A DNA stretch of 64,000 nucleotides from Elusimicrobiota bacterium (GCA_003151975.1 PLZD01000067.1:1143-65142), one strand, 5' to 3'. Positions 1-10,237 are shown, numbered from the stretch's first letter. Notes: generated from the sequence alone by a model not told the origin. Translations and numbers: made by a program.

Positions 1-89
1 GCGTCGACGTCGTCAGGTCGACGATCAAGAAGGACAAAATGGGCAACATCATCACCGCCGGCAAGAAGCCGACCGCGGTCAAGAAATAA
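1..89 (+). CDS. 3' end of a CDS truncated by the window edge; position suggests ribosomal protein uL3
   Basis: The frame is open from the window edge to TAA 87-89 (...VDVVRSTIKKDKMGNIITAGKKPTAVKK*), 1 nt before the rplD ATG. The identity is inferred only from S10-operon synteny; the tail itself is not diagnostic. Confidence 0.4.
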   Translation, partial: VDVVRSTIKKDKMGNIITAGKKPTAVKK

Positions 90-90
90 C

Positions 91-714
91 ATGCAAGCAG
101 AACTCAAGAACGTCAAAGGCGAACCCGTCGGCAAGCTCGAGCTCCAGGAGAAGATTTTCGGCATCAAGCCGATCAGCTCTTTCCTGCACGAGTTCGTCAC
201 TGTGTATGAGGCCAATCAGCGCCTGGGCACGGCTCACACTAAGACCCGCGCGGAAGTCTCGGGCGGCGGCAAGAAGCCTTGGAAGCAGAAGGGCACCGGA
301 CGAGCCCGCTCGGGCTCCAACCGCTCGCCGCTCTGGCGACACGGCGGCATCACTTTCGGTCCCCGCTACAAGGGCAAGCCGCGCCGCGAGATGCCGCGCC
401 AGAAAGCGAAGATCGCCTTGGCCCAGGCCCTGGCGTCCCGCTACGCCGACGGCGCGATCGTGTTCGTCGACAAGATCACGGTCGATGAGGCTAAGACCAA
501 GAACGTCGCCGCGCTCCTGAAGACGCTGGGAGCAACCGGCCGCGTGCTGATCGTTCTCGATCAGCCCGACAAGAACCTGACTCGGGCCAGCCGCAACCTT
601 CCCAACGTCGCGATCCAGCTCGCGTCGGATCTCAACGCCTACATCGTCTTGCGCAGCCACAAACTCGTCGTGACCCAGCCCGCCCTGGAAAAGCTCGGCG
701 CCCGCTGGAATTAA
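91..714 (+). CDS. rplD: 50S ribosomal protein uL4
   Basis: 207 aa with uL4 hallmarks (KPWKQKGTGRARSGSNRSPLWRHGG) in the S10-operon position. Confidence 0.95.
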   Translation: MQAELKNVKGEPVGKLELQEKIFGIKPISSFLHEFVTVYEANQRLGTAHTKTRAEVSGGGKKPWKQKGTGRARSGSNRSPLWRHGGITFGPRYKGKPRREMPRQKAKIALAQALASRYADGAIVFVDKITVDEAKTKNVAALLKTLGATGRVLIVLDQPDKNLTRASRNLPNVAIQLASDLNAYIVLRSHKLVVTQPALEKLGARWN

Positions 715-724
715 GGGAATAATC

Positions 725-1021
725 ATGGAAAAAGAAATTTACGGGACGATCGTTCGCCCGCTCCTGACGGAGCGCAGCACGATCATGAAGGAGAAGCACA
801 ACCAGTATGTCTTCGAGACCGCCACGAGCGCCACGAAGCCCGACATCGCGCGCGCCGTCGAGGAGCTCTTCAAGGTGAAGGTCCTCAAGGTGCGCACGAT
901 GATCCTTCCCGGGAAGTTTCGCCGCTACGGCCGCGGCGGGGGTTTTCGGCCGGACTGGAAGAAGGCGATCGTGACCCTCAAAGAGGGCCAGAAGATCGAT
1001 TTCACGGAGCAGGCGAGCTAA
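725..1021 (+). CDS. rplW: 50S ribosomal protein uL23
   Basis: 98 aa, uL23-like (KPDIARAVEELFKVKVLKVRTM), lying between rplD and rplB. Confidence 0.93.
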   Translation: MEKEIYGTIVRPLLTERSTIMKEKHNQYVFETATSATKPDIARAVEELFKVKVLKVRTMILPGKFRRYGRGGGFRPDWKKAIVTLKEGQKIDFTEQAS

Positions 1022-1024
1022 TCT

Positions 1025-1864
1025 ATGTCCATCAAGGTCTACAAACCCTACACCCCGTCGCGCCGCGGCATGACCTCGGCCGATTTCTCTGAACTGACGA
1101 CCGACCGGCCCGAAAAGAGCCTGGTCAACCGCGTCCAGCGCACCGGCGGCCGCAACAACACCGGCATGCTGATGGTTCGCCATCAGGGCGGCGGCCACAA
1201 GCGCGCTTTCCGCATGATCGACTTCAAGCGCGACAAGACCGGCGTCCCTGGCAAGATCGCGACCATCGAGTACGATCCCAACCGGAGCGCGCGCATCTGC
1301 CTCGTCCACTACGCCGACGGCGAGAAGCGCTACATCCTTCATCCCATCGGCCTCAAGGTTGGAGACGTCATCGTCTCGGGGCCTGCCGCCGACATCAAGG
1401 TCGGCAACGCGTTGCCGATCAAAAACATCCCGGACGGCCATTTCGTGCACAACGTCGAGCTGACCCCGGGCAAGGGCGGTCAGATGATGCGCGCCGCGGG
1501 CACTCAGGCTCAGCTCATGGCCAAGGACGCGGGCTACGCGCAGCTCAAGATGCCCTCGGGCGAGGTCCGGATGGTCCCGGACTCCTGCATGGCGACGCTT
1601 GGCCAGGTCTCCAACACCGACCACAACACGATCACGCTCGGCAAGGCCGGACGCAGCCGGCACCGCGGCATCCGCCCGACCGTTCGCGGCGGCGCGATGA
1701 ACGCGACCGACCACCCCATGGGCGGCGGCCGCGGCAAGTCCAAGGGCGGCAACCACCCGAAATCTCCGTGGAACCAGCTCGCCAAGGGCTTCAAGACCCG
1801 CAAGAAGAAGAAGGTCTGGGGCTGGATGATCGTCTCGGACCGCCGGCGCGCCAAGCAGGCCTAA
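1025..1864 (+). CDS. rplB: 50S ribosomal protein uL2
   Basis: 279 aa with uL2 hallmarks ([30 protein letters not shown]). Confidence 0.97.
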   Translation: MSIKVYKPYTPSRRGMTSADFSELTTDRPEKSLVNRVQRTGGRNNTGMLMVRHQGGGHKRAFRMIDFKRDKTGVPGKIATIEYDPNRSARICLVHYADGEKRYILHPIGLKVGDVIVSGPAADIKVGNALPIKNIPDGHFVHNVELTPGKGGQMMRAAGTQAQLMAKDAGYAQLKMPSGEVRMVPDSCMATLGQVSNTDHNTITLGKAGRSRHRGIRPTVRGGAMNATDHPMGGGRGKSKGGNHPKSPWNQLAKGFKTRKKKKVWGWMIVSDRRRAKQA

Positions 1865-1876
1865 TAAGAGGACACA

Positions 1877-2161
1877 ATGGGAAGATCGACAAAGAAGGGA
1901 CCCTGGATCGACGGAAAGCTGATGGAGAAGGTCAACAAGTTGAACGCGGCCGGTGAGAAGAAGCCGATCAAGACGTGGGCGCGCGCCTGCGTCATACCGC
2001 CGGAGTTCGTCGGCCACACCTTCTCGGTCCACAACGGGCGCAAGTTTCTGCCAATCTACATCTCGGAGCACATGGTCGGACACCGGCTCGGCGAGTTCGC
2101 CTTCACGCGCTTTTTCCGCGCGCACGGCGGCACTCACAAAGAGTCGAACTCCCTCACCTAA
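1877..2161 (+). CDS. rpsS: 30S ribosomal protein uS19
   Basis: 94 aa with [11 protein letters not shown] and [12 protein letters not shown]. Confidence 0.96.
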   Translation: MGRSTKKGPWIDGKLMEKVNKLNAAGEKKPIKTWARACVIPPEFVGHTFSVHNGRKFLPIYISEHMVGHRLGEFAFTRFFRAHGGTHKESNSLT

Positions 2162-2166
2162 ATAAC

Positions 2167-2538
2167 ATGGAAGCCACAGCCCACGCCAGATTTCAAAGAT
2201 TCGGAACCCGCAAGGTCGCGCAGGTCTTGAAAGAGATCCGCGGCAAGTCGGTGCTCGAGGCCGAGCAGATTCTGCCGCTCGTGCCGCGCGCCTGCGCCGT
2301 CATGATCGAGAAGGCGCTCAAGAGCGCCGCGCACAACCTCTCGATCAAGGCCGGCCGCGCCGGCAAGACCCTGATCCCGCAGAACGTCATCGTCAAGGAG
2401 TGCTGGTCGACGATGGGCCCGATGGGCCAGATGAAGCGCGTGATGCCCGCCCCGATGGGCCGGGCCAACACCTTCAAGCGCAAGGTAAGCCATTTGACCG
2501 TCATCGTCACCGATGAGAAACAGGCAGGCAAGAGATAA
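2167..2538 (+). CDS. rplV: 50S ribosomal protein uL22
   Basis: An in-frame ATG at 2167, 6 nt after the rpsS stop, gives 123 aa (MEATAHARFQRFGTRKVAQVLKEIRGKSV...). The track start at 1975 would overlap rpsS with an Arg-rich non-homologous extension. Confidence 0.92.
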   Translation: MEATAHARFQRFGTRKVAQVLKEIRGKSVLEAEQILPLVPRACAVMIEKALKSAAHNLSIKAGRAGKTLIPQNVIVKECWSTMGPMGQMKRVMPAPMGRANTFKRKVSHLTVIVTDEKQAGKR

Positions 2539-2541
2539 ATC

Positions 2542-3309
2542 ATGGGCAATAAAATCCACCCCAATTCAGTCCGTCTGGGCTACATTCACGACTGGGAGTC
2601 CAAGTGGTTCTCCCTGCGCGACATGCCGGCCCTGATCGGCGAGGACTTCAAGATCCGCAACCTCGTCAAGCAGACTTTCAAGATGGCCGCGGTCTCTTGG
2701 GTCGGCATCGAGCGCGCCGGCTCGTACCTGCGCGTCAACATTCACACCGCGCGGCCCGGCGTGGTCATCGGCAAGAAGGGAGCCGACATCGAAGCCATCC
2801 GCGGGCAGATCGAGAACATGACGCAGCGCAAGACTTTCATCAACGTCATGGAGATCAAGGAGCCCGAGTTGGATTCGCGCCTGGTCGCCGAGGCGATCGC
2901 AGTCCAACTCGAGAAGCGCATCGCCTATCGCCGCGCCATGCGCCGCGCGATGGAGCGCACGATGCAGTCCGGCGCTTTGGGCATCAAGGTCATGGTGAGC
3001 GGCCGTCTTAACGGCGGCGAAATCGCCCGCCGCGAGTGGATGCGCGAAGGCCGCGTTCCCCTGCATACCTACGCCGCCGACGTCGACTACGGCACCGCCG
3101 AGGCGTTCACGACCGCGGGTCTTATCGGCGTCAAGGTCTGGATCTTCAAGAAGCAGCTCTTCGTGAAGAGCCCCAAAGAACTCTTGCTCATGGCCAAGAA
3201 GGATCAGCAGCAGCAGGCGCCCGCCGCGGTGATCGCCCCCAAGGGCGAAGCCGTCGCCGCCGCCGCGGCTCCCGCCGCCCCGGAGGTGACCCCCGATGCT
3301 AATGCCTAA
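2542..3309 (+). CDS. rpsC: 30S ribosomal protein uS3
   Basis: 255 aa with [13 protein letters not shown] and a KH region ([17 protein letters not shown]). It carries an A/P/Q-rich C-terminal tail. Confidence 0.96.
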   Translation: MGNKIHPNSVRLGYIHDWESKWFSLRDMPALIGEDFKIRNLVKQTFKMAAVSWVGIERAGSYLRVNIHTARPGVVIGKKGADIEAIRGQIENMTQRKTFINVMEIKEPELDSRLVAEAIAVQLEKRIAYRRAMRRAMERTMQSGALGIKVMVSGRLNGGEIARREWMREGRVPLHTYAADVDYGTAEAFTTAGLIGVKVWIFKKQLFVKSPKELLLMAKKDQQQQAPAAVIAPKGEAVAAAAAPAAPEVTPDANA

Positions 3310-3712
3310 GAGGGTCAAGTACCGCAAGCCGCACAGCCAGCCGCGCATCAAGGGCCCCGCCACTCGCGGGACCACGATGGCGTTCGGCGAGTTCGGTCTC
3401 AAGGCGCTCGAGCCCAAGTGGGTGACCGCCCGCCAGATCGAGGCCTCGCGCGTCGCGATCGGCCGCCACATGAAGAAGGGCGGCAAGCTTTGGGTCCGCG
3501 TGTTCCCCGACAAGGCCGTCACCAAGCACCCCGCCGAGACCCGCATGGGTAAAGGCAAGGGCGCGCCCGATCATTGGGTCGTCGTGGTCAAGCCGGGCCG
3601 TGTGCTCTTCGAGATCGAAGGCATCTCTTTGGCCGATGCCCAGAAGGCTTTGGGTTCAGCCGCCTACAAGCTTCCCATCAAGACCAAGTTCATCACCCGG
3701 GAGCACATCTAG
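3296..3712 (+). CDS. rplP: 50S ribosomal protein uL16
   Basis: 138 aa with [11 protein letters not shown] and [21 protein letters not shown]. It overlaps the rpsC end by 14 nt. Confidence 0.95.
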   Translation: MLMPKRVKYRKPHSQPRIKGPATRGTTMAFGEFGLKALEPKWVTARQIEASRVAIGRHMKKGGKLWVRVFPDKAVTKHPAETRMGKGKGAPDHWVVVVKPGRVLFEIEGISLADAQKALGSAAYKLPIKTKFITREHI

Positions 3713-3916
3713 ATGAAGGCCAAGGAAAAGGAAGTCAAGAAGACGCTGTCCGCCGCCGAGCTCAAGGGCGAGCTCCATCAGGCGCAGGACAAGCTTTTCA
3801 AGCTGAAGTTTAAGCATCAGGTCACGCCGCTCGCCAATCCCTTGGAGCTGCGGACCCTCCGCCGTCATGTCGCGCGGCTCAAGACCTGGGTGCGCGAGAA
3901 GCAGGAGACGAAATAG
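3713..3916 (+). CDS. rpmC: 50S ribosomal protein uL29
   Basis: 67 aa with ELKGELHQAQDKLFKLKFKH. The ATG abuts the rplP stop. Confidence 0.92.
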   Translation: MKAKEKEVKKTLSAAELKGELHQAQDKLFKLKFKHQVTPLANPLELRTLRRHVARLKTWVREKQETK

Positions 3917-3918
3917 TC

Positions 3919-4224
3919 ATGGCTGAGCAAGAAGAGAACAACGGCGCCGACGAGCGCAACGGCCGCAAAGTCTTCGAGGGCGTCGTCGTGTCCGACAAGA
4001 TGAGCAAGACCCGCACCGTGGCGGTTTTCCGCCTGGTCCGGCATCATTTCTACGAGAAGGTCTCGAAGAAGCGCAGCAAGTTCAGCGTGCACGACGAGTC
4101 CAACGCCTCCCACGAGGGAGACTTGGTCGAGATCATGAGCACGCGGCCGCTCTCCAAGACCAAGCGCTGGCGCCTGGTCCGCGTGATCAAGGCCGCCCCG
4201 CGCGTCGCCGAGGTCAAATCATGA
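3919..4224 (+). CDS. rpsQ: 30S ribosomal protein uS17
   Basis: 101 aa with [18 protein letters not shown] and [15 protein letters not shown]. Confidence 0.94.
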   Translation: MAEQEENNGADERNGRKVFEGVVVSDKMSKTRTVAVFRLVRHHFYEKVSKKRSKFSVHDESNASHEGDLVEIMSTRPLSKTKRWRLVRVIKAAPRVAEVKS

Positions 4225-4589
4225 TTCAGCTAAGATCCATCATCAACGTCGCCGACAACTCCGGCGCGCGCAAGCTTCAGTGCTTCCACGTCATGGGCGG
4301 CAGCTACCGCCGCTACGCCTCCATCGGCGACGTTATCGTCGCCTCGGTGCGCGACGCCCTTCCCAACGGCGCCATCAAGAAGGGCCAGGTCGTCAAGGCG
4401 GTCGTCGTGCGCGCGGTGCGCAACAAGCGCCGGCCCGACGGCTCGTACGTCAGCTTCGACGACAACGCCGCCTGCCTCATCGACGATCAGGGCGAGCCCA
4501 AGGGCACGCGCGTGTTCGGCCCGGTCGCCCGCGAGCTGCGCGACAAGGAATATTTGAAGATCATCTCGCTCGCACCCGAGGTCGTGTAA
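4221..4589 (+). CDS. rplN: 50S ribosomal protein uL14
   Basis: 122 aa beginning [18 protein letters not shown]. It has an ATGA overlap with rpsQ. Confidence 0.97.
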   Translation: MIQLRSIINVADNSGARKLQCFHVMGGSYRRYASIGDVIVASVRDALPNGAIKKGQVVKAVVVRAVRNKRRPDGSYVSFDDNAACLIDDQGEPKGTRVFGPVARELRDKEYLKIISLAPEVV

Positions 4590-4590
4590 C

Positions 4591-4908
4591 ATGAGCAAGC
4601 TCAAGATTCGCAAGAAGGACAAGGTCCTCGTCATCGCCGGCCGCGACAAGGGCAAGACCGGGGAGGTCATCAAGCTCTTCCCCGACGTCAGCCGCCTGCT
4701 CGTCTCCAAGGTCAACATCGTGACCAAGCACAAGAAGGCGACCCAGTCCGAGCCCGGCGGGCTCTCGAAGATCGAGGCCCCGATTCACTATTCCAACGTT
4801 TTGCTGGTCTGCCCGAAGTGCGACAAGGGCGTGCGTCCCAAGCTCGAGACGCTTCAGACCGGCGAAACAGTGCGCGTCTGCCGCAAGTGCGGCGAGACGA
4901 TCCTCTAG
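4591..4908 (+). CDS. rplX: 50S ribosomal protein uL24 (4-Cys variant)
   Basis: 105 aa with a KOW motif ([21 protein letters not shown]). The C-terminal region carries CPKC...CRKC. Confidence 0.94.
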   Translation: MSKLKIRKKDKVLVIAGRDKGKTGEVIKLFPDVSRLLVSKVNIVTKHKKATQSEPGGLSKIEAPIHYSNVLLVCPKCDKGVRPKLETLQTGETVRVCRKCGETIL

Positions 4909-4920
4909 AGGTTATTGATC

Positions 4921-5643
4921 ATGGCAGAGAAGGAAAAAAACGCAGCTGAAGTAGAGCGGGCCGCTAAGAAGGCCCTGGCCGCCAAGAAGGCCGGTCTTGA
5001 AGCCAAGGCCGCCAAGGCGTCCGGTCCGGCCATCCAGACCTCCGACGGCAGAGAGGTCAAGCACGAGACTCCCCGGCTCAAGAAGAGCTACAAGGAGACC
5101 ATCGTGCCGGCGCTCATGGAGAAGTACGAACTCAAGAACCCATTTCAAGTGCCGAGTCTCGAGAAGATCGTGGTCAACATCGGCGTCTCCGACGCGCGCG
5201 ACAACATCCAGAACCTCGATGTGGCGCGCGAAGAGCTCGCGATGATCACGGGCCAGTGGCCCCAGGTCCGCAAGGCCTCTAAATCCATCTCGAACTTCAA
5301 GCTGCGCGAGGGGATGCCCATCGGCGTCCGCGTGACCCTGCGCGGCGACCGCATGTGGGAGTTCATGGACCGTCTGATCTCGACGGCGATACCCCGCATC
5401 CGGGATTTTCGCGGCCTCGAGCCCCGGGGCTTCGACGGCCACGGGAACTACAACCTCGGCTTGAAAGAACAGCTGATCTTCCCCGAGGTCAACGTCGAGA
5501 AGTCGCCCAAGCAGCGCGGCATGAACATCACCGTCGTGACCTCCGCTGTCAACGACGAGATCGGCATGGACCTGCTCCGCCACATGGGCATGCCCTTCAA
5601 GCAGGTCCAGGAAGCAGAGACCGCCGCCGCCGGGAGAAACTAG
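4921..5643 (+). CDS. rplE: 50S ribosomal protein uL5 with about 50-aa K/A/E-rich N-terminal extension
   Basis: The uL5 core ([40 protein letters not shown]) follows [33 protein letters not shown].... ATG 4921 lies 9 nt after GAGG, whereas the track start at 4915 is a TTG. No internal Met would remove the extension. Confidence 0.9.
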   Translation: MAEKEKNAAEVERAAKKALAAKKAGLEAKAAKASGPAIQTSDGREVKHETPRLKKSYKETIVPALMEKYELKNPFQVPSLEKIVVNIGVSDARDNIQNLDVAREELAMITGQWPQVRKASKSISNFKLREGMPIGVRVTLRGDRMWEFMDRLISTAIPRIRDFRGLEPRGFDGHGNYNLGLKEQLIFPEVNVEKSPKQRGMNITVVTSAVNDEIGMDLLRHMGMPFKQVQEAETAAAGRN

Positions 5644-5644
5644 A

Positions 5645-5830
5645 ATGGCCACCACCGCTTGGACCGCAAAGATGAAGAAGCCGCAGAAATTCTCCACGCG
5701 CCACCGCAACCGCTGCCAGATTTGCGGACGCCCCCGCGCGTACTACCGCGACTTCGGACTTTGCCGCATTTGCTTTAGGAAGATGGCTCACCAGGGCCAG
5801 ATTCCCGGCGTGAAGAAATCTTCCTGGTAG
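5645..5830 (+). CDS. rpsN: 30S ribosomal protein uS14, short Zn-ribbon (type Z) form
   Basis: 61 aa with [22 protein letters not shown]. Confidence 0.95.
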   Translation: MATTAWTAKMKKPQKFSTRHRNRCQICGRPRAYYRDFGLCRICFRKMAHQGQIPGVKKSSW

Positions 5831-5837
5831 GCATAAC

Positions 5838-6233
5838 ATGGATCCCATTGCAGACCTTTTGACCCGCATCCGCAACTCGAACACGCGCCTCAAGGACCGC
5901 GTCGACGTGCCCTACTCGAAGCTCAAGCTCGAGATCGTCCGCCTGCTCAAGGACGAGGGCTTCATCGCGAACTTTAAGTCGCTCTACAACCAGGGCGGAA
6001 AATCCGGCACGATTCGCGTGTTCCTGAAGTACTCGCCGGCCAAGGAAGCCGTCATCAAGGGCATCAAGCGCGTTTCCAAGCCCGGCCTTCGCATCTACCG
6101 CTCCTACCGCGAGATTCCGCGCGTGCGCAGCGGCTTCGCGGTCACCATTTTGTCGACTCCCAACGGCGTGCTGACGGACAAGCAGGCCAAGGAGAAGAAG
6201 GTCGGGGGCGAAGTCCTCTGCCAGGTCTGGTAA
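5838..6233 (+). CDS. rpsH: 30S ribosomal protein uS8
   Basis: 131 aa beginning [14 protein letters not shown], in the spc-operon position. Confidence 0.96.
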   Translation: MDPIADLLTRIRNSNTRLKDRVDVPYSKLKLEIVRLLKDEGFIANFKSLYNQGGKSGTIRVFLKYSPAKEAVIKGIKRVSKPGLRIYRSYREIPRVRSGFAVTILSTPNGVLTDKQAKEKKVGGEVLCQVW

Positions 6234-6238
6234 AAATC

Positions 6239-6817
6239 ATGAGCAGAATCGGAAGAATGCCGGTCGTCATCCCCGCGGGCGTGCAGGTCTCGATCGCGAA
6301 CTCGATCGTGACGGCCAAGGGCCCCAAGGGCGAACTCAAGGAGCTGCTGCATCCGGTCGTGAAGGCCGAGATCAAGGACGGCAAGATTCTTTTGACCGCG
6401 GATCTTACCGCGGCCAAGGACGCCTCCGCCATCTACGGCATGAGCCGCGCGCGGCTCAACAACCTCGTGCAGGGCGCCGCGCACGGGTTTGCAAAAGTCC
6501 TCGAGATCGTCGGCCTGGGCTTTCGCGCCGAGGTGGCCGGCCAGAAGCTGACCATGGCGCTCGGCAAGTCGCACCCCGTCATTTTCGAGGCGCCCCAGGG
6601 CATCACGCTCTCGGTCGATCCCAAGAAGACGCAGATCACCGTGGCCGGCGCCGACAAGAATCAGGTCGGCCAGACCGCGGCCAACATCCGCGAGCTGCGC
6701 AAGCCCGAGCCCTACAAGGGAACGGGAATCCGCTACCAGGGCGAGCACGTCCGCAAGAAGGCCGGCAAGACGGCGGCGGGCGCGAGCGCCGGCGCTGGCG
6801 GCGGAGCCAAGAAGTAG
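6239..6817 (+). CDS. rplF: 50S ribosomal protein uL6
   Basis: 192 aa beginning [17 protein letters not shown], with a G/A-rich C-terminal tail. Confidence 0.95.
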   Translation: MSRIGRMPVVIPAGVQVSIANSIVTAKGPKGELKELLHPVVKAEIKDGKILLTADLTAAKDASAIYGMSRARLNNLVQGAAHGFAKVLEIVGLGFRAEVAGQKLTMALGKSHPVIFEAPQGITLSVDPKKTQITVAGADKNQVGQTAANIRELRKPEPYKGTGIRYQGEHVRKKAGKTAAGASAGAGGGAKK

Positions 6818-6828
6818 GAGCTTTATCG

Positions 6829-7194
6829 ATGAAAGACAAGTGGACTAGATACGAATATCGCAAGGGCCGCTCGCGGCGCAAGATCGCCGAGAAGGCCAAC
6901 GGCCGGCCGCGCCTGACGGTGCACCGCAGCCTCAAGTACATCTACGCGCAGATTGTCGACGACGCGCAGGGCAAGACCCTGGCGGCGGCGTCCTCGCTGT
7001 CGAAGGAGATCAAGGCGCCCAAGGCGACGTCCGCGAAGAACGTCGACGCGGCCAAGAAGGTCGGCGAGCTGCTGGCCAAGAAGGCCGTCGCCGCCGGAGT
7101 CAAGAAGGTCGCCTTCGACCGCGGCGCCCACATCTATCACGGACGCGTCAAGGCCCTGGCGGAAGCCGCACGGGCCGGCGGCTTGGACTTTTAA
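6829..7194 (+). CDS. rplR: 50S ribosomal protein uL18
   Basis: 121 aa with [20 protein letters not shown] and [19 protein letters not shown]. Confidence 0.95.
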   Translation: MKDKWTRYEYRKGRSRRKIAEKANGRPRLTVHRSLKYIYAQIVDDAQGKTLAAASSLSKEIKAPKATSAKNVDAAKKVGELLAKKAVAAGVKKVAFDRGAHIYHGRVKALAEAARAGGLDF

Positions 7195-7207
7195 GAGGAG
7201 AATGTTT

Positions 7208-7792
7208 ATGGCAGAAGAAAACTCGACCCCCGCGCCCCAGCCGACAGCCCCGACGCCGGCGCCTCAGGGCCAGGATCGGCCTCGCGGCGGACCTCGGGGC
7301 TACAAGCCCCGGCGCCAGGACAACCCGCGCGACGAGGGCGGTTTCAAAGAGACCGTCGTCGCGATCAACCGCGTCGCCAAGGTCGTCAAGGGCGGCAAGC
7401 GCTTCTCATTCTCGGCGATCGTCGTGATCGGCGACGGCGCCGGCACGGTCGGCTACGGCTTGGGCAAGGCCAAGGAAGTCCAGGCGTCCATCATGAAGGG
7501 CAACGCCCAGGCGCGCAAGAACCTCACCAAGTTTCCTCTCGTCGGCGACACCATTCCCCACGAGGTGATGGCCAAGTACCGCGCCGGCAAGGTGTGGATG
7601 AAGCCCGCGGCTCCCGGAACGGGCGTCATCGCGGGCGGCGGCGTGCGCGCGGTCTTGGAGGCCGGCGGCGTCAAGAACGTTTTGACCAAGAGCCTCGGCT
7701 CGGCCAACGACTTCAACGTCGTGGGCGCGACGCTCGAGTGCCTGCGCATGCTTCGCACCGCCGAAGACATCGCCAAGCTGCGGGGTAAATAG
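7208..7792 (+). CDS. rpsE: 30S ribosomal protein uS5 (P/Q/R-rich N-terminal extension)
   Basis: The core reads [30 protein letters not shown]...[21 protein letters not shown] 7208 lies 7 nt after GAGGAG, and ATG 7202 is also possible. The track start at 6953 lies inside rplR. Confidence 0.92.
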   Translation: MAEENSTPAPQPTAPTPAPQGQDRPRGGPRGYKPRRQDNPRDEGGFKETVVAINRVAKVVKGGKRFSFSAIVVIGDGAGTVGYGLGKAKEVQASIMKGNAQARKNLTKFPLVGDTIPHEVMAKYRAGKVWMKPAAPGTGVIAGGGVRAVLEAGGVKNVLTKSLGSANDFNVVGATLECLRMLRTAEDIAKLRGK

Positions 7793-7794
7793 CA

Positions 7795-8244
7795 ATGAAT
7801 CTCAGCCAGTTGAAGCCCAAGTTCGGATCTCGCTTTAAGCATTTCCGGTTCGGCATCGGAGAGGGCTCGGGCGGCGGCCAGACCGCCGGCAAGGGTCAGA
7901 AGGGCCAGCGCAGCCGCTCGGGCGACGGCAAGCAGACGGGATTCGAGGGCGGCCAGACGCCGCTCCTGCGCCGCGTGCCCAAGCGGGGCTTTACCAACGG
8001 CGCCTTCAAGATCGTCTACCAGGTCGTGTCTCTGGCCGACATCGAGCGCGTGTTCAAGAACCAGAAAGAAGTCACCGTCGAGGCCCTCAAGCTTCACGGT
8101 CTCGTGAAGGGACGCCAGCCCGTGAAGATCCTCGGCGACGGCGAAATCACGCGCGCCTACAAGGTCTCGGCCCACGCTTTCTCGACTTCCGCCAAGGAAA
8201 AGATCCAGAAGGCCGGCGGTTCCGCGGAGTCCGTCAAGAAGTGA
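7795..8244 (+). CDS. rplO: 50S ribosomal protein uL15
   Basis: 149 aa with LKPKFGSR and GGGQTAGKGQKGQRSRSG. It starts 2 nt after the rpsE stop, so no L30 gene lies between them. Confidence 0.95.
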   Translation: MNLSQLKPKFGSRFKHFRFGIGEGSGGGQTAGKGQKGQRSRSGDGKQTGFEGGQTPLLRRVPKRGFTNGAFKIVYQVVSLADIERVFKNQKEVTVEALKLHGLVKGRQPVKILGDGEITRAYKVSAHAFSTSAKEKIQKAGGSAESVKK

Positions 8245-9581
8245 TCAAAGGACTCGCGGGCGTCGTCGAAGTTCCAGAACTGCGCAAGAAGGTCCTCTTC
8301 ACGCTCGGTGCCATCGCGGTCTACCGCGTGGGCGCGGCCATCCCCATTCCCGGCATCAACGGCGAGGCCCTGGCTTCCATCTTCAACGCGCAGCGCGGCG
8401 GCATTCTGGGCTTCCTGAACATCTTCTCGGGCGGAGCGCTCGCGCGCTTCTCGATCTTCTCGATGGGCGTGATGCCCTACATCAACGCGTCCATCATCAT
8501 CAGCCTCCTCCAGGGCGCGCACGTGCTGCCTTACCTCGACCGCCTATACAAGGAAGGAGAGCTCGGGCGGCGCAAGCTCAACTCCATCACGCGCTACCTG
8601 ACCTTGTTCCTCGCGATGTTCCAGTCCTTCGGCCTCACGATCGCGATCACCAAGATGCCCACGCCCGGCAACATCCCCGTCGTCTCGAACCCGACCGTCC
8701 CGTTCTATTTGATCACGGTGCTCACCTTGACCGCGGGCACGATTTTCATCATGTGGCTCGGCGAGCAGGTCACCGAGATAGGCGTCGGCAACGGCGTCTC
8801 CTTGATCATCTTCGCCGGCATCGTCGAGCGCATCCCGTCGGCCGTGCTCAACATGATCAATCTCGTGCGCGCCGAGGAAATGAGCATTCTCAAAGCCCTG
8901 GCGATAGTGGTCTTCGTGATCGGCGTCGTGGCTTCGGTGGTATGGGTCGAGACGGCCCAGCGCAAGATTCCCGTGCAATACGCCAAGCGCGTCGTCGGCC
9001 GCAAGATGTACGGCGGGGCGCAGAGCTACCTGCCGCTCAAGGTCGACCAAAGCGGCGTCATCGCGGTCATCTTCGCGGTTTCCCTTCTGGCGGTGCCGCT
9101 GACGGTCCTGCAGTTCGCGCAGGACAAGCCGTGGGCCGCCAAGCTGATGCAGTTCTGGACGCGCGGCTCGTGGTATTACCAGCTTTTCTACGCCGGCCTC
9201 ATCATTTTTTTCTGCTACTTCTACAACTCGGTCTCGATCAACCCGATGGACCTCGCCGACAACATGAAGAAGTCGGGGGGATTTATTCCCGGCTATCGTC
9301 CCGGCGAGTCCACGGCGCGCTACATCGAGTGGGTGCTCGAGCGCATCACCTTGGGGGGCGCGCTTTTCGTCGCGGCGATTTCCGTTCTACCGGACATGCT
9401 GCGCAATCAATTTAATATTCCTTTCTTTTTGGGCGGCACAGCACTCCTCATCGTCGTCGGCGTCGCGCTCGACACGATGGGCCAGCTCGAGGCCCAGCTC
9501 ATCATGCGCCACTACGAGGGCTTCCTCAAGAAGGGCCGCATCGGCGGCGGCAGCCGCTGGTTCAACGTGGGGAGCCAGTAA
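8241..9581 (+). CDS. secY: preprotein translocase subunit SecY
   Basis: 446 aa and polytopic, with FSMGVMPYINASIIISLL and GGFIPGYRPGESTARYI. The GTG start sits in a GTGA overlap with rplO. Confidence 0.96.
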   Translation: MIKGLAGVVEVPELRKKVLFTLGAIAVYRVGAAIPIPGINGEALASIFNAQRGGILGFLNIFSGGALARFSIFSMGVMPYINASIIISLLQGAHVLPYLDRLYKEGELGRRKLNSITRYLTLFLAMFQSFGLTIAITKMPTPGNIPVVSNPTVPFYLITVLTLTAGTIFIMWLGEQVTEIGVGNGVSLIIFAGIVERIPSAVLNMINLVRAEEMSILKALAIVVFVIGVVASVVWVETAQRKIPVQYAKRVVGRKMYGGAQSYLPLKVDQSGVIAVIFAVSLLAVPLTVLQFAQDKPWAAKLMQFWTRGSWYYQLFYAGLIIFFCYFYNSVSINPMDLADNMKKSGGFIPGYRPGESTARYIEWVLERITLGGALFVAAISVLPDMLRNQFNIPFFLGGTALLIVVGVALDTMGQLEAQLIMRHYEGFLKKGRIGGGSRWFNVGSQ

Positions 9582-9582
9582 G

Positions 9583-10236
9583 ATGATCGTCATCCTTTTG
9601 GGCGCGCCGGGCGCCGGCAAGGGCACCCAGTCCAAGATGCTCGCCGCCAAATACGGGTTTAAGCATCTTGCGACGGGCGACATTTTCCGCGGCGAGATCG
9701 CGGCCAAGACCCCGCTCGGCCAGAAAGCGCAGGAGTACGTCAAGTCCGGCAAGCTCGTGCCCGACAATCTCGTGACCGAAATGGTCGCGGGCAAGCTCGA
9801 ATTCAATGGAACCCAATACTTGCTCGACGGTTTCCCGCGCACGCTTGATCAGGCGCAGTCGCTCGACAAGTTCCTCGCTCCGCAGAAGGCCACGATCAAC
9901 GTGGTCATTTATCTCAATTTGCCTCACGCGGAGGCGATCAGCCGCCTCTCCTCGCGGCGCGTCTGCTCGAAGTGCGGCGAGGTCTACAACATCACGACCC
10001 GGCCGCCCGCGGCCGAGGGAAAGTGCGACGCCTGCGGCGGCGACGTCGTCCAGCGCGAGGACGATTCCGAGGCCACGGCCAAGAAGCGCATCATGGTTTT
10101 CGAGGACCTGACCCATCCGCTGGTGGCCTACTACAAGGCCGAGCAGGTTTTTCACGAAGTCAACGCCGCCCAGTCCCCCGAGAAAGTCTCGGCCGACCTG
10201 TTTGCGGTGATCGACCAAATCACGGCGGCGCGCTAG
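9583..10236 (+). CDS. adk: adenylate kinase (Zn-lid form)
   Basis: 217 aa with the P-loop GAPGAGKGTQ and a 4-Cys lid (CSKCGEVY...CDACGG). Confidence 0.96.
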   Translation: MIVILLGAPGAGKGTQSKMLAAKYGFKHLATGDIFRGEIAAKTPLGQKAQEYVKSGKLVPDNLVTEMVAGKLEFNGTQYLLDGFPRTLDQAQSLDKFLAPQKATINVVIYLNLPHAEAISRLSSRRVCSKCGEVYNITTRPPAAEGKCDACGGDVVQREDDSEATAKKRIMVFEDLTHPLVAYYKAEQVFHEVNAAQSPEKVSADLFAVIDQITAAR

Positions 10237-10237
10237 C

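Noticed and set aside
632-2137. 501-aa ORF on the minus strand opposite rplW/rplB/rpsS
   Set aside because: This is a shadow ORF typical of GC-rich DNA. Its composition is R/A/G/L/D-rich with no recognisable motif, and it lies wholly antisense to unmistakable ribosomal protein genes.
6953-7207. Long N-terminal extension of the rpsE ORF (track start 6953)
   Set aside because: It overlaps rplR in another frame and encodes an Arg/Pro-rich string. A ribosome-binding site and ATG at 7202/7208, right after the rplR stop, give a normal uS5.
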